A stretch of DNA of 53,216 nucleotides, taken from an uncultured Thermotogae bacterium. GTDB taxonomy: Bacteria > Bipolaricaulota > Bipolaricaulia > UBA7950 > UBA9294. Of this stretch, positions 34,355 through 42,954 are shown piece by piece (position 1 is the first letter of the stretch; each line of letters starts with the position of its first letter). Under the pieces are notes generated by a model. That model had not been told where the DNA came from. It worked only from the letters and a program-made list of their open reading frames with translations, and ran no database searches. The DNA is taken from positions 1 to 53,216 of the forward strand of contig CAZKAB010000008.1 in NCBI GenBank assembly GCA_964550615.1. Reading direction: 5' to 3'. The translations under genes were made by a program, and so were the position numbers.

Positions 34355-34966
34355 ATGTTGGAGATGCGGTCACGGTCGATCGGCGGCTTCCTGAGCGATC
34401 TCGCATCCGCGAGTCCGACGCCGGGTGGGGGGAGTGTGGCTGCTCTTTCCGGGGCGATCGCTGCAGATCTTGGGCGGATGGTATGTAGCCTTGCCCTGAA
34501 GAAGAGCGCCAAAGAGGAACTGGCCGCCCTCAACGATTCGTTTACGGTGCTGGAAGCGGAGTTGCTCGACCTCGCAACGGCGGATGAGCAAGCGTTTGAT
34601 TCCGTGATGACTGCCTACGGCATGGATCGTGCGGACGACGGGCGCGCTGAGGCGATAGCACGGGCATTGCAGCGGGCAACAGAGGTGCCGCTAACCACGG
34701 CCGAACGTGCCGTTGCACTGCTTGATGTATTATGTCGACTTGCTCCACTGGGAACGCGCCACAGCATCAGCGATGTCGGTGTGGCGGCATATATGGCAGA
34801 CGCAGCCCTGCGGTCGGCACTGCTCAATGTGGAGGTAAACCTGGCTTATCGACAGGATCAGCGCGAAACCGATCGCCTGGCCGTGGTCGCGGCAGGAATG
34901 CGAGAGCGTGCGAGCGCGCTTGTCGAACAGACGATATACCAGGTTCAAACCAGGCTCACCAAATGA
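34355..34966 (+). CDS. Cyclodeaminase/cyclohydrolase (FTCD C-terminal) family protein
   Basis: LASASPTPGGGSVAAL, DEQAF, ISDVGVAA, LLNVEVNL. Confidence 0.9.
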   Translation: MLEMRSRSIGGFLSDLASASPTPGGGSVAALSGAIAADLGRMVCSLALKKSAKEELAALNDSFTVLEAELLDLATADEQAFDSVMTAYGMDRADDGRAEAIARALQRATEVPLTTAERAVALLDVLCRLAPLGTRHSISDVGVAAYMADAALRSALLNVEVNLAYRQDQRETDRLAVVAAGMRERASALVEQTIYQVQTRLTK

Positions 34967-35691
34967 CGTCGATCGGCGTCATCTCTGATGTGCATGCGAA
35001 TATTACTGCGTTGGAGGCTGTGCTTGCCGATCTCCACGCAGAAGGAGTGGAGTGCATCGTATGCTGCGGCGATGTCGTAGGATACGGCCCATGGCCGAGA
35101 GAAGTGATCGCGCGTCTGCGTGATGTGGATGCGCTCTGCGTGCAAGGGAATCATGACGCCGCTTCAATCGGTGCGTTCCCGAGCGATCACTTCAATGCCG
35201 ATGCGCGTGCCGCGATCGACTGGACGCGCGCCGCACTGGATCAGGAGGATCTGCAATTCCTTGCCGATCTTGAGCAAATGTACATTGGCGATGACTTTGT
35301 CCTCGTGCACGGAAGTCTGCGCGGTCCGTTATGGGAGTATATGCGGGATGCGTTCGTCGCGAGGGAGAGCTTCCCGCTTCTTGCGCGGTCGATCGGCTTG
35401 TTCGGGCATTCTCATATTCAGGGCGGGTTTGTTCGTTTCGGCGAACACGTCGACGCGATTACTCCAGGTCGGCCGATCGCGATCGTACCCGGACGGCAGT
35501 ACTTGATCAATCCGGGGAGTGTCGGTCAGCCGCGGGATGGCGATCCCCGCGCCGCATACGCAATTGTCGATCTTGACTGCGACAGCGTGTTGTTCAAACG
35601 TGTCGCGTACGACATCAAACCCGTGATGCAGCGAATTGAGCATGTCGGCCTGCCTCGAAGGTTTGGCGAGCGACTGGAGGCGGGGAGATAG
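34963..35691 (+). CDS. Metallophosphoesterase (calcineurin-like)
   Basis: SDVHAN, GDVVGYG, GNHD, HGS, GHSH, NPGSVGQPRDGDPRA; true start ATG 34963 in an ATGA overlap. Confidence 0.92.
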   Translation: MTSIGVISDVHANITALEAVLADLHAEGVECIVCCGDVVGYGPWPREVIARLRDVDALCVQGNHDAASIGAFPSDHFNADARAAIDWTRAALDQEDLQFLADLEQMYIGDDFVLVHGSLRGPLWEYMRDAFVARESFPLLARSIGLFGHSHIQGGFVRFGEHVDAITPGRPIAIVPGRQYLINPGSVGQPRDGDPRAAYAIVDLDCDSVLFKRVAYDIKPVMQRIEHVGLPRRFGERLEAGR

Positions 35692-36474
35692 ATGGAAGAA
35701 CGGGCGCTTGCGGTGGCAGCCGGCGCTGCCCGAAGGGTGGGAGCGATTCTGCGCGGTGGATTGAACGCGGAAAAGGGTGCAAAGGAGAAGGCACATCGGC
35801 ATGATCCGGTCACCGTGTTCGATCGTCGCTCCGAAGAGATTCTCGTTGCTGCGGTCGAGGAGTCATTCCCCGATCATGCTATCCTGTCCGAAGAAGGAAC
35901 GAGAAAGAAAGGAACGTCAGAATATACCTGGATCATGGATCCACTTGATGGGACGAACAACTTCCTCCGCGGGATTCCGCATCTGTCCATCTCGCTGGCG
36001 CTGGCAGTCGATTCGCAGACGCGGATGGCGTGCATCTACGACCCAATGCGTGACGAGATGTTCTCGGCGATCGCCGGCAGAGGGGCGTTCATGAATGGCA
36101 TCCCTCTATGCGTAAGCGGGCAAGAGCGGATTGAAGGAGCCATGGTCGGCGTCGGCTTCTCCTCTCGCCCGGAACGCGCGCTGCGCACGCATGCAACGCT
36201 CGCCTCTCTCATTCCCCACGTGCGTGCGCTGCGCACCTTAGGCTCAGCTTGCCTCGATCTGGCGTATGTCGCCGCCGGTCGATTCGACGTGACATGGTAT
36301 CTTTCCCTTTCCCCGTGGGATGTGCAGGCGGCTAACTTGCTCATAACCGAGGCCGGTGGTCGCGTGTCCGATCTTGTCGGCGGAACGCTCGTCGATCCGG
36401 AGAATGGAATCGTGGCATCGAACGGGCGCTTGCACGACGAGATGATCGCGATCATTGCCGGGGGAGAGGAGTGA
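35692..36474 (+). CDS. suhB: Inositol monophosphatase family protein
   Basis: ILSEE, WIMDPLDGTNNF, GSACLDLAYVAAGRFD, PWDVQA. Confidence 0.9.
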   Translation: MEERALAVAAGAARRVGAILRGGLNAEKGAKEKAHRHDPVTVFDRRSEEILVAAVEESFPDHAILSEEGTRKKGTSEYTWIMDPLDGTNNFLRGIPHLSISLALAVDSQTRMACIYDPMRDEMFSAIAGRGAFMNGIPLCVSGQERIEGAMVGVGFSSRPERALRTHATLASLIPHVRALRTLGSACLDLAYVAAGRFDVTWYLSLSPWDVQAANLLITEAGGRVSDLVGGTLVDPENGIVASNGRLHDEMIAIIAGGEE

Positions 36475-37385
36475 GAAGGGGGGGAGTTGGTCGCGGTCTG
36501 GATGTCTACCGTGACATCATTCCCGATTGGGAGGATTTTGTCGTTGCCTGTTCCCGTCCGCTTCCGACGACGCTAAGGGTCAATACGCTTCGTGCCGCGC
36601 CGTCTGCGCTTTGCGAGCGTCTGTCCCGCAAGGGCTTCTCTCTTGCTCCCGCGGAGTGGACGGATGATCTGCTAACGGTTGATGATGCTGCCGTGAGCCG
36701 CACGGTAGAGCATTGGCTTGGCATGTTCTACATCCAGGAAGCGGTACAAACCTTTCCTGTACTCGTGCTCGATCCAAAACCCGGGGAGACGATCCTGGAT
36801 ATGTGTGCCTCTCCGGGAGGGAAATGCACGCACATCGCCGCGCTAATGCAGGGTCTCGGAGCGCTTGTCGCCAACGAGCCGCTGGGGCAGCGGCAGCCAG
36901 CTCTCCTTTCCAACCTGAACCGGTTGGGTGTAATGAATGTTACAGCCACATCATATCGTGGAGAGTCTTTTCCAATGCAGACGCGCTTCGATCGCATCCT
37001 TGTGGATGCTCCCTGTTCTGCGGAGGGAACGCTACGCAAGGAGTCGTCGTTGCGTGACGGTGCGAGCGAATCGGCGATTGCCCGCTTGTCGAGGTTACAG
37101 AGACGATTGATTCTTAGGGCGTACGATCTGCTTATGCCAGGGGGAGTCCTCGTCTACTCGACGTGCACATTTGCCCCCGAGGAGAACGAGGAGACTATCG
37201 TCTATCTTCTTAAGGAACGTGACGCGATTCTGGTGCCGATCACGCTTACGATTCCTTGTTCGCCAGGGATCACACGATGGGCGGAGAAAGTGTATTCGGA
37301 TGTCGTCAGCGGATGCGTTCGCATTTATCCGCATCAGATAGACAGCGGAGGAGGCTTCATTGCCCGCATCAGAAAGCCTTCGTGA
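36471..37385 (+). CDS. RsmB/NOP2-family RNA m5C methyltransferase, catalytic domain (RsmF-like)
   Basis: PTTLRVNTL, FYIQE, LDMCASPGGK, ILVDAPCSAEG, VYSTCTFAPEENE, GGFIARIRK. Confidence 0.92.
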   Translation: MRRGGVGRGLDVYRDIIPDWEDFVVACSRPLPTTLRVNTLRAAPSALCERLSRKGFSLAPAEWTDDLLTVDDAAVSRTVEHWLGMFYIQEAVQTFPVLVLDPKPGETILDMCASPGGKCTHIAALMQGLGALVANEPLGQRQPALLSNLNRLGVMNVTATSYRGESFPMQTRFDRILVDAPCSAEGTLRKESSLRDGASESAIARLSRLQRRLILRAYDLLMPGGVLVYSTCTFAPEENEETIVYLLKERDAILVPITLTIPCSPGITRWAEKVYSDVVSGCVRIYPHQIDSGGGFIARIRKPS

Positions 37386-37821
37386 AGAGACGGTCTCATA
37401 TCTGAATGCTCGCTTCGGTGTTTCGCGCGGCGACCTTGCCGACATTTTGTTTGTAGAGAAGAAAGATGAGATCTGGGCGGCTACTGCGGACGTGCCGGCT
37501 GGGCTTGTTGCCAGTCGCCCGGCTGGGCTGCGCGCCTTGAGGCGTACGCGCGAAGGGTTCAAGCCGACAAGCGTCTTCTTGCGCTCTATCGGCAAGTGGA
37601 TCACTTTCTCACGCATTGAGATTGAATCTGTCCTCGAGCTGCAGCAATTCCTTCTCGGGCAGCCGGTGCCGTGCGCAATCGGGGATGGATTTGCCGCCGT
37701 CTCATTTTGCGGTGACGTCATCGGTTGTGGTGCAGCAAGAGGCGGGCTTGCCCGTACCGTCATCCCCACCCATATGAGGCGTGAGCTGCTTGGTTGCCTG
37801 GAAGCGGAAGCGAATACGTAA
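37360..37821 (+). CDS. Probable NIP7/PUA-like accessory domain of the RNA methyltransferase, encoded separately
   Basis: YLNARFG...EIW...AGLRALRR...FKPTS...VIGCG; TTG 37360 with SD GGAGGAGG 5 nt upstream. Confidence 0.6.
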   Translation: MPASESLREETVSYLNARFGVSRGDLADILFVEKKDEIWAATADVPAGLVASRPAGLRALRRTREGFKPTSVFLRSIGKWITFSRIEIESVLELQQFLLGQPVPCAIGDGFAAVSFCGDVIGCGAARGGLARTVIPTHMRRELLGCLEAEANT

Positions 37822-37860
37822 GCACATCTGCCGATCGTCGAATCCCCATCATTAAGCAGT

Positions 37861-37916
37861 GTAATCATGATTACGGAAATTGGTCACCTTGTTTTGGTAT
37901 GATGGTCCATGCATGG
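37861..37916 (+). promoter_or_regulatory. Extended -10 promoter flanked by two perfect palindromes
   Basis: GTAATCATGATTAC (37861-74); TGgTATGAT (37895-903); CCATGCATGG (37907-16); SD AAGGAGG before ATG 37939. Confidence 0.55.
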
Positions 37917-37938
37917 GTACGTGTTTAAGGAGGTTGGA

Positions 37939-40065
37939 ATGCACAGCAAAGTATATCTTGGTGCGATCCTGTTATTGCTGGGAGCGTTGTTCATCCCGCT
38001 CACAGCTTGGGGGGCATCGGCAGACTCTTCAAATCTTGTCTTCATTCTCGATGCGTCGAATAGCATGAACAAGCCGTTCGGCGATGTGACTCGTGTCGAT
38101 GCGGCTAAGGAAGCACTCAGCGAACTGCTAACCAGCATGCCTGCGGGAGAAGACGTCGGTCTAATCATCTACGGCAATCAGATCAACTACAAGAATGAGG
38201 CGGAGAGCTGTAATGACATCTCTTTCCCCTTTCCTGTTACTGCATTTGACGACAACGTGCGTAGTAAGATGATCGCTGCCATCAGCGGCGTGAGAGCGCA
38301 GGGCAAGACGCCGCTGGCAGATTCTCTCACGGAAGCGGCAAACGCACTTTCCGCGACCGGGCAGGGAGGCGTCATCGTGCTCCTTAGCGACGGTGAAGGA
38401 AACTGCGGCGGAGAGTCGGCTGTGGTTGCCGATATGATCGCCAAGATGGACCCTCAAATCACGGTTTATGTCGTCGGACTCGACATCGAGCAGGAGGCGG
38501 GTGACACGCTACGGACAATCGCTGATGCCACCAATGGCCGCTACTGGAGCGTGAACGAGGCAAGCGGGCTTTTGAGCGCACTCCTTTCCGCTGTTGGGCA
38601 GACTTCCGGCCAAGCGGAATCAACCGAGCCGAGAGGTGGAATCCCCGCCGGCTATGAGCGCTTCGGTGTAACAAACGTCATCTATGGCACAGAAGGGAAC
38701 GACGTTCTCTACGGCACCTCCGCCAACGATCTGATATTCGGCCTTGGCGGCGATGATTTCATCATCGGCTTGGGTGGAAATGACGTTCTCATTGGCGGTG
38801 CCGGCAATGATATCATAGAAGGCATGGACGGTTGCGACATCATCAGCGGCGGCGCCGGCGATGATACACTGTTCGGTGGAGCCGGAGACGATACGCTGTG
38901 TGGCGACGACGGCAACGATTCGCTGGAGGGCGAAGCCGGAAATGACGTCCTTGCTGGCGGCCCCGGAAACGACAAGCTCCTCGGCGGCGCGGGCCTTAAC
39001 CTCCTCTACGCAGGCACTGGTAATGACATACTCATGCAGGGGAAAATCATGCAGGATGCGTGTGCTGCGTGCCCGCTTCCCTTGCCGTCCAGCTCGTGTC
39101 CTCCTCCCGCGCCATGCAGTCCCCCTGCTCCATGCAACAGCGTCATGCCTACTCCCCCGACAACTTGCACACCTCCCGCTCCCCCTGCGCCTCCAACCAC
39201 TGGGTGTTGCTATCCGGCCATCAAGACGGTCGATGAAGGCTCGACCATTCAACTGCATGGGACCGTAACCGATTCGGATTGCGGAGCATGCAATATACGT
39301 TGGAGTGCTGAAGCGGGATCGTTCGATGATCCCACAAGCCTCGATCCAATGTATACCGCGCCAATGACCGATTCCTGCGACGGACGCGATGTCTGCGTTA
39401 CGCTGGTAGCCACTGATGGTTGCGGCGCAACGGGAAAGGATTCATTCGTGCTGCACATCAGAAACGTCAACAACCCGCCACGCGTCAATGCGGGCCCGGA
39501 TGTCGTTGTCGATGAAGGCGGGACGGTTCAACTTGCGCCCGCTGTCTCTGATCCGGATGGAGATGCACTCCGATATCACTGGAGCATCCCGTGCGGGGAC
39601 GGTGTGCTGACGGACGCGACTCTCCTTAACGCCGTGTACTCAGCGCCTCTAGTCGGCGCCTGCGATGGCGCAGACATAGTACTCAAGCTCACCGTCATCG
39701 ATTCCTGCGGTGCCAGTGCGGAGGATAGCGTTACCATTCACGTACGGAACTTGAACGCACCTCCGATCGTCGAGCTCGGCCCTGGCTTCTGCATGACTGA
39801 GGCGACTTCAGCCATACTGCACGCGGTCGCAAGCGACCCGGAATGCGGACCTCTTACCTACTACTGGACCGCATCCGCCGGCACATTCGATGATGCGTTC
39901 TCGGCCACTCCCTGTTTCAGCGCACCTAATGTCTCCAACTGTGACGGTGAGGACATTATGGTAAGCCTGACGGTGACCGACGTGTGCGGAGCGAGCGCAA
40001 GTGACTCGTATGTGATTCACGTGCAAAACGTCAACACGCCACCTGTTGTCAAGGCGGATCCGTAG
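37939..40065 (+). CDS. Secreted VWA + RTX-type Ca-binding repeats + Pro/Cys linker + 3 PKD/Ig-like repeats
   Basis: Signal peptide; MIDAS DASNSM; many GGxGxDxLx nonapeptides; three ~95-aa repeats with VDEG..W..G.F/L.D..Y/F.AP...CDG.D...DxCGA. Confidence 0.85.
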   Translation: MHSKVYLGAILLLLGALFIPLTAWGASADSSNLVFILDASNSMNKPFGDVTRVDAAKEALSELLTSMPAGEDVGLIIYGNQINYKNEAESCNDISFPFPVTAFDDNVRSKMIAAISGVRAQGKTPLADSLTEAANALSATGQGGVIVLLSDGEGNCGGESAVVADMIAKMDPQITVYVVGLDIEQEAGDTLRTIADATNGRYWSVNEASGLLSALLSAVGQTSGQAESTEPRGGIPAGYERFGVTNVIYGTEGNDVLYGTSANDLIFGLGGDDFIIGLGGNDVLIGGAGNDIIEGMDGCDIISGGAGDDTLFGGAGDDTLCGDDGNDSLEGEAGNDVLAGGPGNDKLLGGAGLNLLYAGTGNDILMQGKIMQDACAACPLPLPSSSCPPPAPCSPPAPCNSVMPTPPTTCTPPAPPAPPTTGCCYPAIKTVDEGSTIQLHGTVTDSDCGACNIRWSAEAGSFDDPTSLDPMYTAPMTDSCDGRDVCVTLVATDGCGATGKDSFVLHIRNVNNPPRVNAGPDVVVDEGGTVQLAPAVSDPDGDALRYHWSIPCGDGVLTDATLLNAVYSAPLVGACDGADIVLKLTVIDSCGASAEDSVTIHVRNLNAPPIVELGPGFCMTEATSAILHAVASDPECGPLTYYWTASAGTFDDAFSATPCFSAPNVSNCDGEDIMVSLTVTDVCGASASDSYVIHVQNVNTPPVVKADP
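38660..39030 (+). repeat. RTX (hemolysin-type calcium-binding) nonapeptide repeats
   Basis: GLGGDDFII, GLGGNDVLI, GGAGNDIIE, GGAGDDTLF, GGAGDDTLC, GEAGNDVLA, GGPGNDKLL; coordinates approximate. Confidence 0.85.
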
Positions 40066-40097
40066 TCGGATCCTAGAAACGAAAGCGTCATTGGCTG

Positions 40098-40129
40098 ATC
40101 TGCTCCGCCCGTTACCGGGCGGAGCAGAT
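40098..40129. terminator. Perfect 13-bp hairpin at a convergent gene junction
   Basis: atctgctccgccc (40098-110) / gggcggagcagat (40117-129); the DUF501 stop codon lies in the loop. Confidence 0.65.
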
Positions 40130-40666
40130 TACTTCTTGTGCTGGACACTCATATACGGGGAGTTCCAGCAACGCCAAGTCGCCGATTGGATTGGTGCGTG
40201 CGCGTGCGGCAGGTTCAAGCGCTGTCAGTGCGTGCGCAACATGAAGATGCAAGCACTTCACGCGAGAAAACTCTGCTATTCCACCGATGCCGCGTTGCGT
40301 AAGGGAATGCATCATCTTCTTCCTTTCTAGAGATTGACGGTCAGCTTCAGTCAGGAGAGACCGGCGATCTCGAATGTAGCTGAGATGGGCACTAACAACC
40401 ATGGCGGCGAGAGAGGCATCGGACTGCAATTGCTTCTCAATCCGGACGATCATCCCGGATGCTTCCAGATGAGCGATCTGGCGCGAGAGAAACGGGCAGG
40501 AGAGCCAATAGATGGTCGGAAAGGGCTTCCCCTCGACTACGGGATGGACAACGAGGACCTGTGGATATCCGTGCGCGCACCGTCGAGCGACTCCGAGCAA
40601 CGCACGTCCGCGGCGGCCGAGTTGCTTCGCGATCACGGCTCTATCTTCTAGCGATACAGGTTCCAT
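40112..40666 (-). CDS. DUF501 family protein
   Basis: KQLGR, RC.HGYPQV, PFPTIYWLSCP, GIGG, VKCLH.HVAHAL. Confidence 0.9.
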   Translation of the reverse strand: MEPVSLEDRAVIAKQLGRRGRALLGVARRCAHGYPQVLVVHPVVEGKPFPTIYWLSCPFLSRQIAHLEASGMIVRIEKQLQSDASLAAMVVSAHLSYIRDRRSLLTEADRQSLERKKMMHSLTQRGIGGIAEFSRVKCLHLHVAHALTALEPAARARTNPIGDLALLELPVYECPAQEVICSAR

Positions 40667-41391
40667 TGATCACTCCCGTATTTCTCGCGCTTCAATCTGG
40701 CGGCGTGAGCGATTTCTTCTTCATTACACTCATCGGCTTTCGCAGGCGCCGAGACGAGATTTGAGATTGGCCGTGCAAGAGCGAGGGAAAGCTGTTCCAT
40801 AGTTGTCCTGGGAAAGATCTGGGAGAGGAATGCGACCTCGCGCGGGCGTGACGGGACGAATTTAGCGCTGTACGACGGATTCATTGCACGCAGAATCCGA
40901 GGCAGTGAAAGCGCCGGTGGATGAACGAGCAGCGTCGTATGATAGAGGAGCGTCGTTCCTCGGCGGACCTGTGCTGCACCTGCGATCTTCTTTTCGTCGA
41001 TCATGATCGCGTTCGTGTCAACGCGGGAATCTATTCCAACGCGACGTAGAGCATGCACGAGTGCCTCTCCGACCACCTGATATGTTGTTGTGACCCCCCC
41101 CAGCGAGCGGGCGTCGCGTATTACGAGGGACAGATTGAGGTTGCCCGGGTAGTGATAGACGGCCCCTCCTCCGCTTATACGTCGCAGGACCGGAATGTGT
41201 TCGACGGCGGCGTAGTCCAAATTGACTTCGCTCGCCGCCGACTGCGACCGTCCGATGACGGCGGCACGATCATTCACCCACAGGCGGAGGACATCGTGTT
41301 TGCTGTTCTGAGCGCATACGAGCAGGGCCTCATCCAATGCAAGTCCGGAGGCGGGATCGATCGGCGCGATGTCTGCGATCAGGCGGAGCAT
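40648..41391 (-). CDS. Lipoate-protein ligase family catalytic domain (LplA/LipM/LipL-like, no C-terminal domain)
   Basis: LALDEALL, LRLW, VIGRSQ, RRISGGGAVYH, KKIAGAAQ, KYGSDQWN. Confidence 0.88.
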   Translation of the reverse strand: MLRLIADIAPIDPASGLALDEALLVCAQNSKHDVLRLWVNDRAAVIGRSQSAASEVNLDYAAVEHIPVLRRISGGGAVYHYPGNLNLSLVIRDARSLGGVTTTYQVVGEALVHALRRVGIDSRVDTNAIMIDEKKIAGAAQVRRGTTLLYHTTLLVHPPALSLPRILRAMNPSYSAKFVPSRPREVAFLSQIFPRTTMEQLSLALARPISNLVSAPAKADECNEEEIAHAARLKREKYGSDQWNLYR

Positions 41392-42251
41392 GCGGTAATG
41401 GTCTGTGCGGCGCGGTATGAGCTACGCACCAACGGTCCGGACATTACGAAGCGGAAGCCGATGTTGCGGGCATCCTCCTCGAACGTTGCAAATTCCTCCG
41501 GCGATAGGTATCTTGTCACGAGCGCCGAAGCGTCGGTTGGAGCGAGGTATTGTCCCAGTGTCAGTGCGTCAACACCAACGAGTCGCAGTTCGCGCATTGC
41601 GTCAAGTACCTCTTCTCGCTTTTCGCCCAAGCCAAGCATGATCGAACTCTTGGTGATCACATGTGGCGACATCTCTTTGATCCGCTCGAGTACGCGCAGG
41701 GAAAGGTCATGACCAGCGCGGGGATCGCGCAGTCCGGGCGAAAGACGACGTACGGTTTCGATGTTGTGCCCAACCACGTCCGGACCGCTTGCCACGAGCG
41801 CGGCAAGCGCCTCCTCGTTTCCGGCAAAGTCGGGGATGAGCGCCTCGATCCTTATCCCAGGGGAAAGGGTCCTAATCCCGGAGATTGCGGCGGCAAACAA
41901 GCTCGCGCCTCCGTCTGCGAGGTCGTCGCGATCTACGGAAGTGAGGACGACGTACCTGAGGCCAAGATCGGCGATCGCCGATGCCAGCCGCGCCGGCTCT
42001 CCCCGATCGACCACCCCCTTCGGATTTCCCGTCGGGACGGCACAGAATAGGCAGGCGCGCGTGCACATCTCTCCCAGGAGCATGAATGTGGCGGTCTTTT
42101 GTTCCCAGCATTCGGCTGCGTTCGGGCAGCGCGCACCTTGGCAAACGGTCGTCAATTGATGTTTGTCCAGCAGATCGCGTATCGTGCGCATTCCCGACGC
42201 TTCCGCGTGCGCATGAGCTCTCACTTTAAGCCAGCTCGGTCGTCTATCCAT
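41379..42251 (-). CDS. lipA: Lipoyl synthase
   Basis: VCQGARCPNAAEC, CTRACLFC, TSVDRDDL, HNIETV, GQYL, VRSSYRA. Confidence 0.97.
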   Translation of the reverse strand: MDRRPSWLKVRAHAHAEASGMRTIRDLLDKHQLTTVCQGARCPNAAECWEQKTATFMLLGEMCTRACLFCAVPTGNPKGVVDRGEPARLASAIADLGLRYVVLTSVDRDDLADGGASLFAAAISGIRTLSPGIRIEALIPDFAGNEEALAALVASGPDVVGHNIETVRRLSPGLRDPRAGHDLSLRVLERIKEMSPHVITKSSIMLGLGEKREEVLDAMRELRLVGVDALTLGQYLAPTDASALVTRYLSPEEFATFEEDARNIGFRFVMSGPLVRSSYRAAQTITACSA

Positions 42252-42954
42252 TGAGTCTCTCCCAGTAGTATTCAGGGTCGCCGAGGGCGATATTCCAGTC
42301 GAAAACGGCTTCCATATGCTTCAAGAGGCGCCCTTCCACCTCGGCCATTCCGGGTGCTGGAGCCACAAGATCGCAGAGCGAGATCATCTCTATTGACATG
42401 CCGCAAGGATTGATCATCGCGAAGTGATCGCTGTTAACACTTATGTTTAGCGCCAGCCCGTGTTCTGTCACCCAATGACGTACCGATACTCCGATGGACG
42501 CGATCTTGCGATCATCAATCCACACGCCGGGTAACCCCGCTCTGCGAACAGCATGCAAGCTAAACTCGGTCAGAAGACCTATCATTGCCTGTTCTAGACG
42601 ATTGATGTATTTCTTGATATCACGGCCGTAACTGCGCAGGTCGATGATCGGGTACACAACGAGTTGGCCGGGACCGTGGTAGGTTATGTCTCCGCCGCGC
42701 TCGATATCGTATACCGGAATCCCTTCTGACTGCAATTCCTCTTCGGATATCCGGATGTTTGAGCGTGAGCCGCTGCGGCCGATTGTGAATACGGGATCGT
42801 GTTCCACTGTGATTACGGTGTCTCCTATTTCGCCGCGGCAGCGCATGGAATGTAGCAGGCGCTGCAGTTCGTGCGTGCGCGCATATTCGGCGCGGCCGAG
42901 CGCAAGATGAACAACCTGTTGCCAGTGATCAGTCGAGTTCGGCAAGGACATCAT
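42244..42954 (-). CDS. lipB: Octanoyltransferase
   Basis: EHDPVFTIG, ERGGDITYHGPGQLVVYP, KIASIGV, HGLALN, INPCG; start re-set to ATG 42954 or 42951. Confidence 0.93.
   Translation of the reverse strand: MMSLPNSTDHWQQVVHLALGRAEYARTHELQRLLHSMRCRGEIGDTVITVEHDPVFTIGRSGSRSNIRISEEELQSEGIPVYDIERGGDITYHGPGQLVVYPIIDLRSYGRDIKKYINRLEQAMIGLLTEFSLHAVRRAGLPGVWIDDRKIASIGVSVRHWVTEHGLALNISVNSDHFAMINPCGMSIEMISLCDLVAPAPGMAEVEGRLLKHMEAVFDWNIALGDPEYYWERLNG

Noticed and set aside
38620-39258. 212-aa antisense ORF over the RTX repeats
   Set aside because: Produced by the repetitive Gly-Asp codons of the sense strand.
40063-40100. Amber readthrough or pyrrolysine extension of the adhesin
   Set aside because: The downstream frame gives only 10 residues that do not continue the Ig repeat.
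41053-41712. 219-aa plus-strand ORF across lplA-like/lipA, and similar shadows at 93..599, 1830..2354, 23254..23697, 43844..44551 and 49388..50053
   Set aside because: Each overlaps a well-supported gene on the opposite strand and shows no motif or translation signal.
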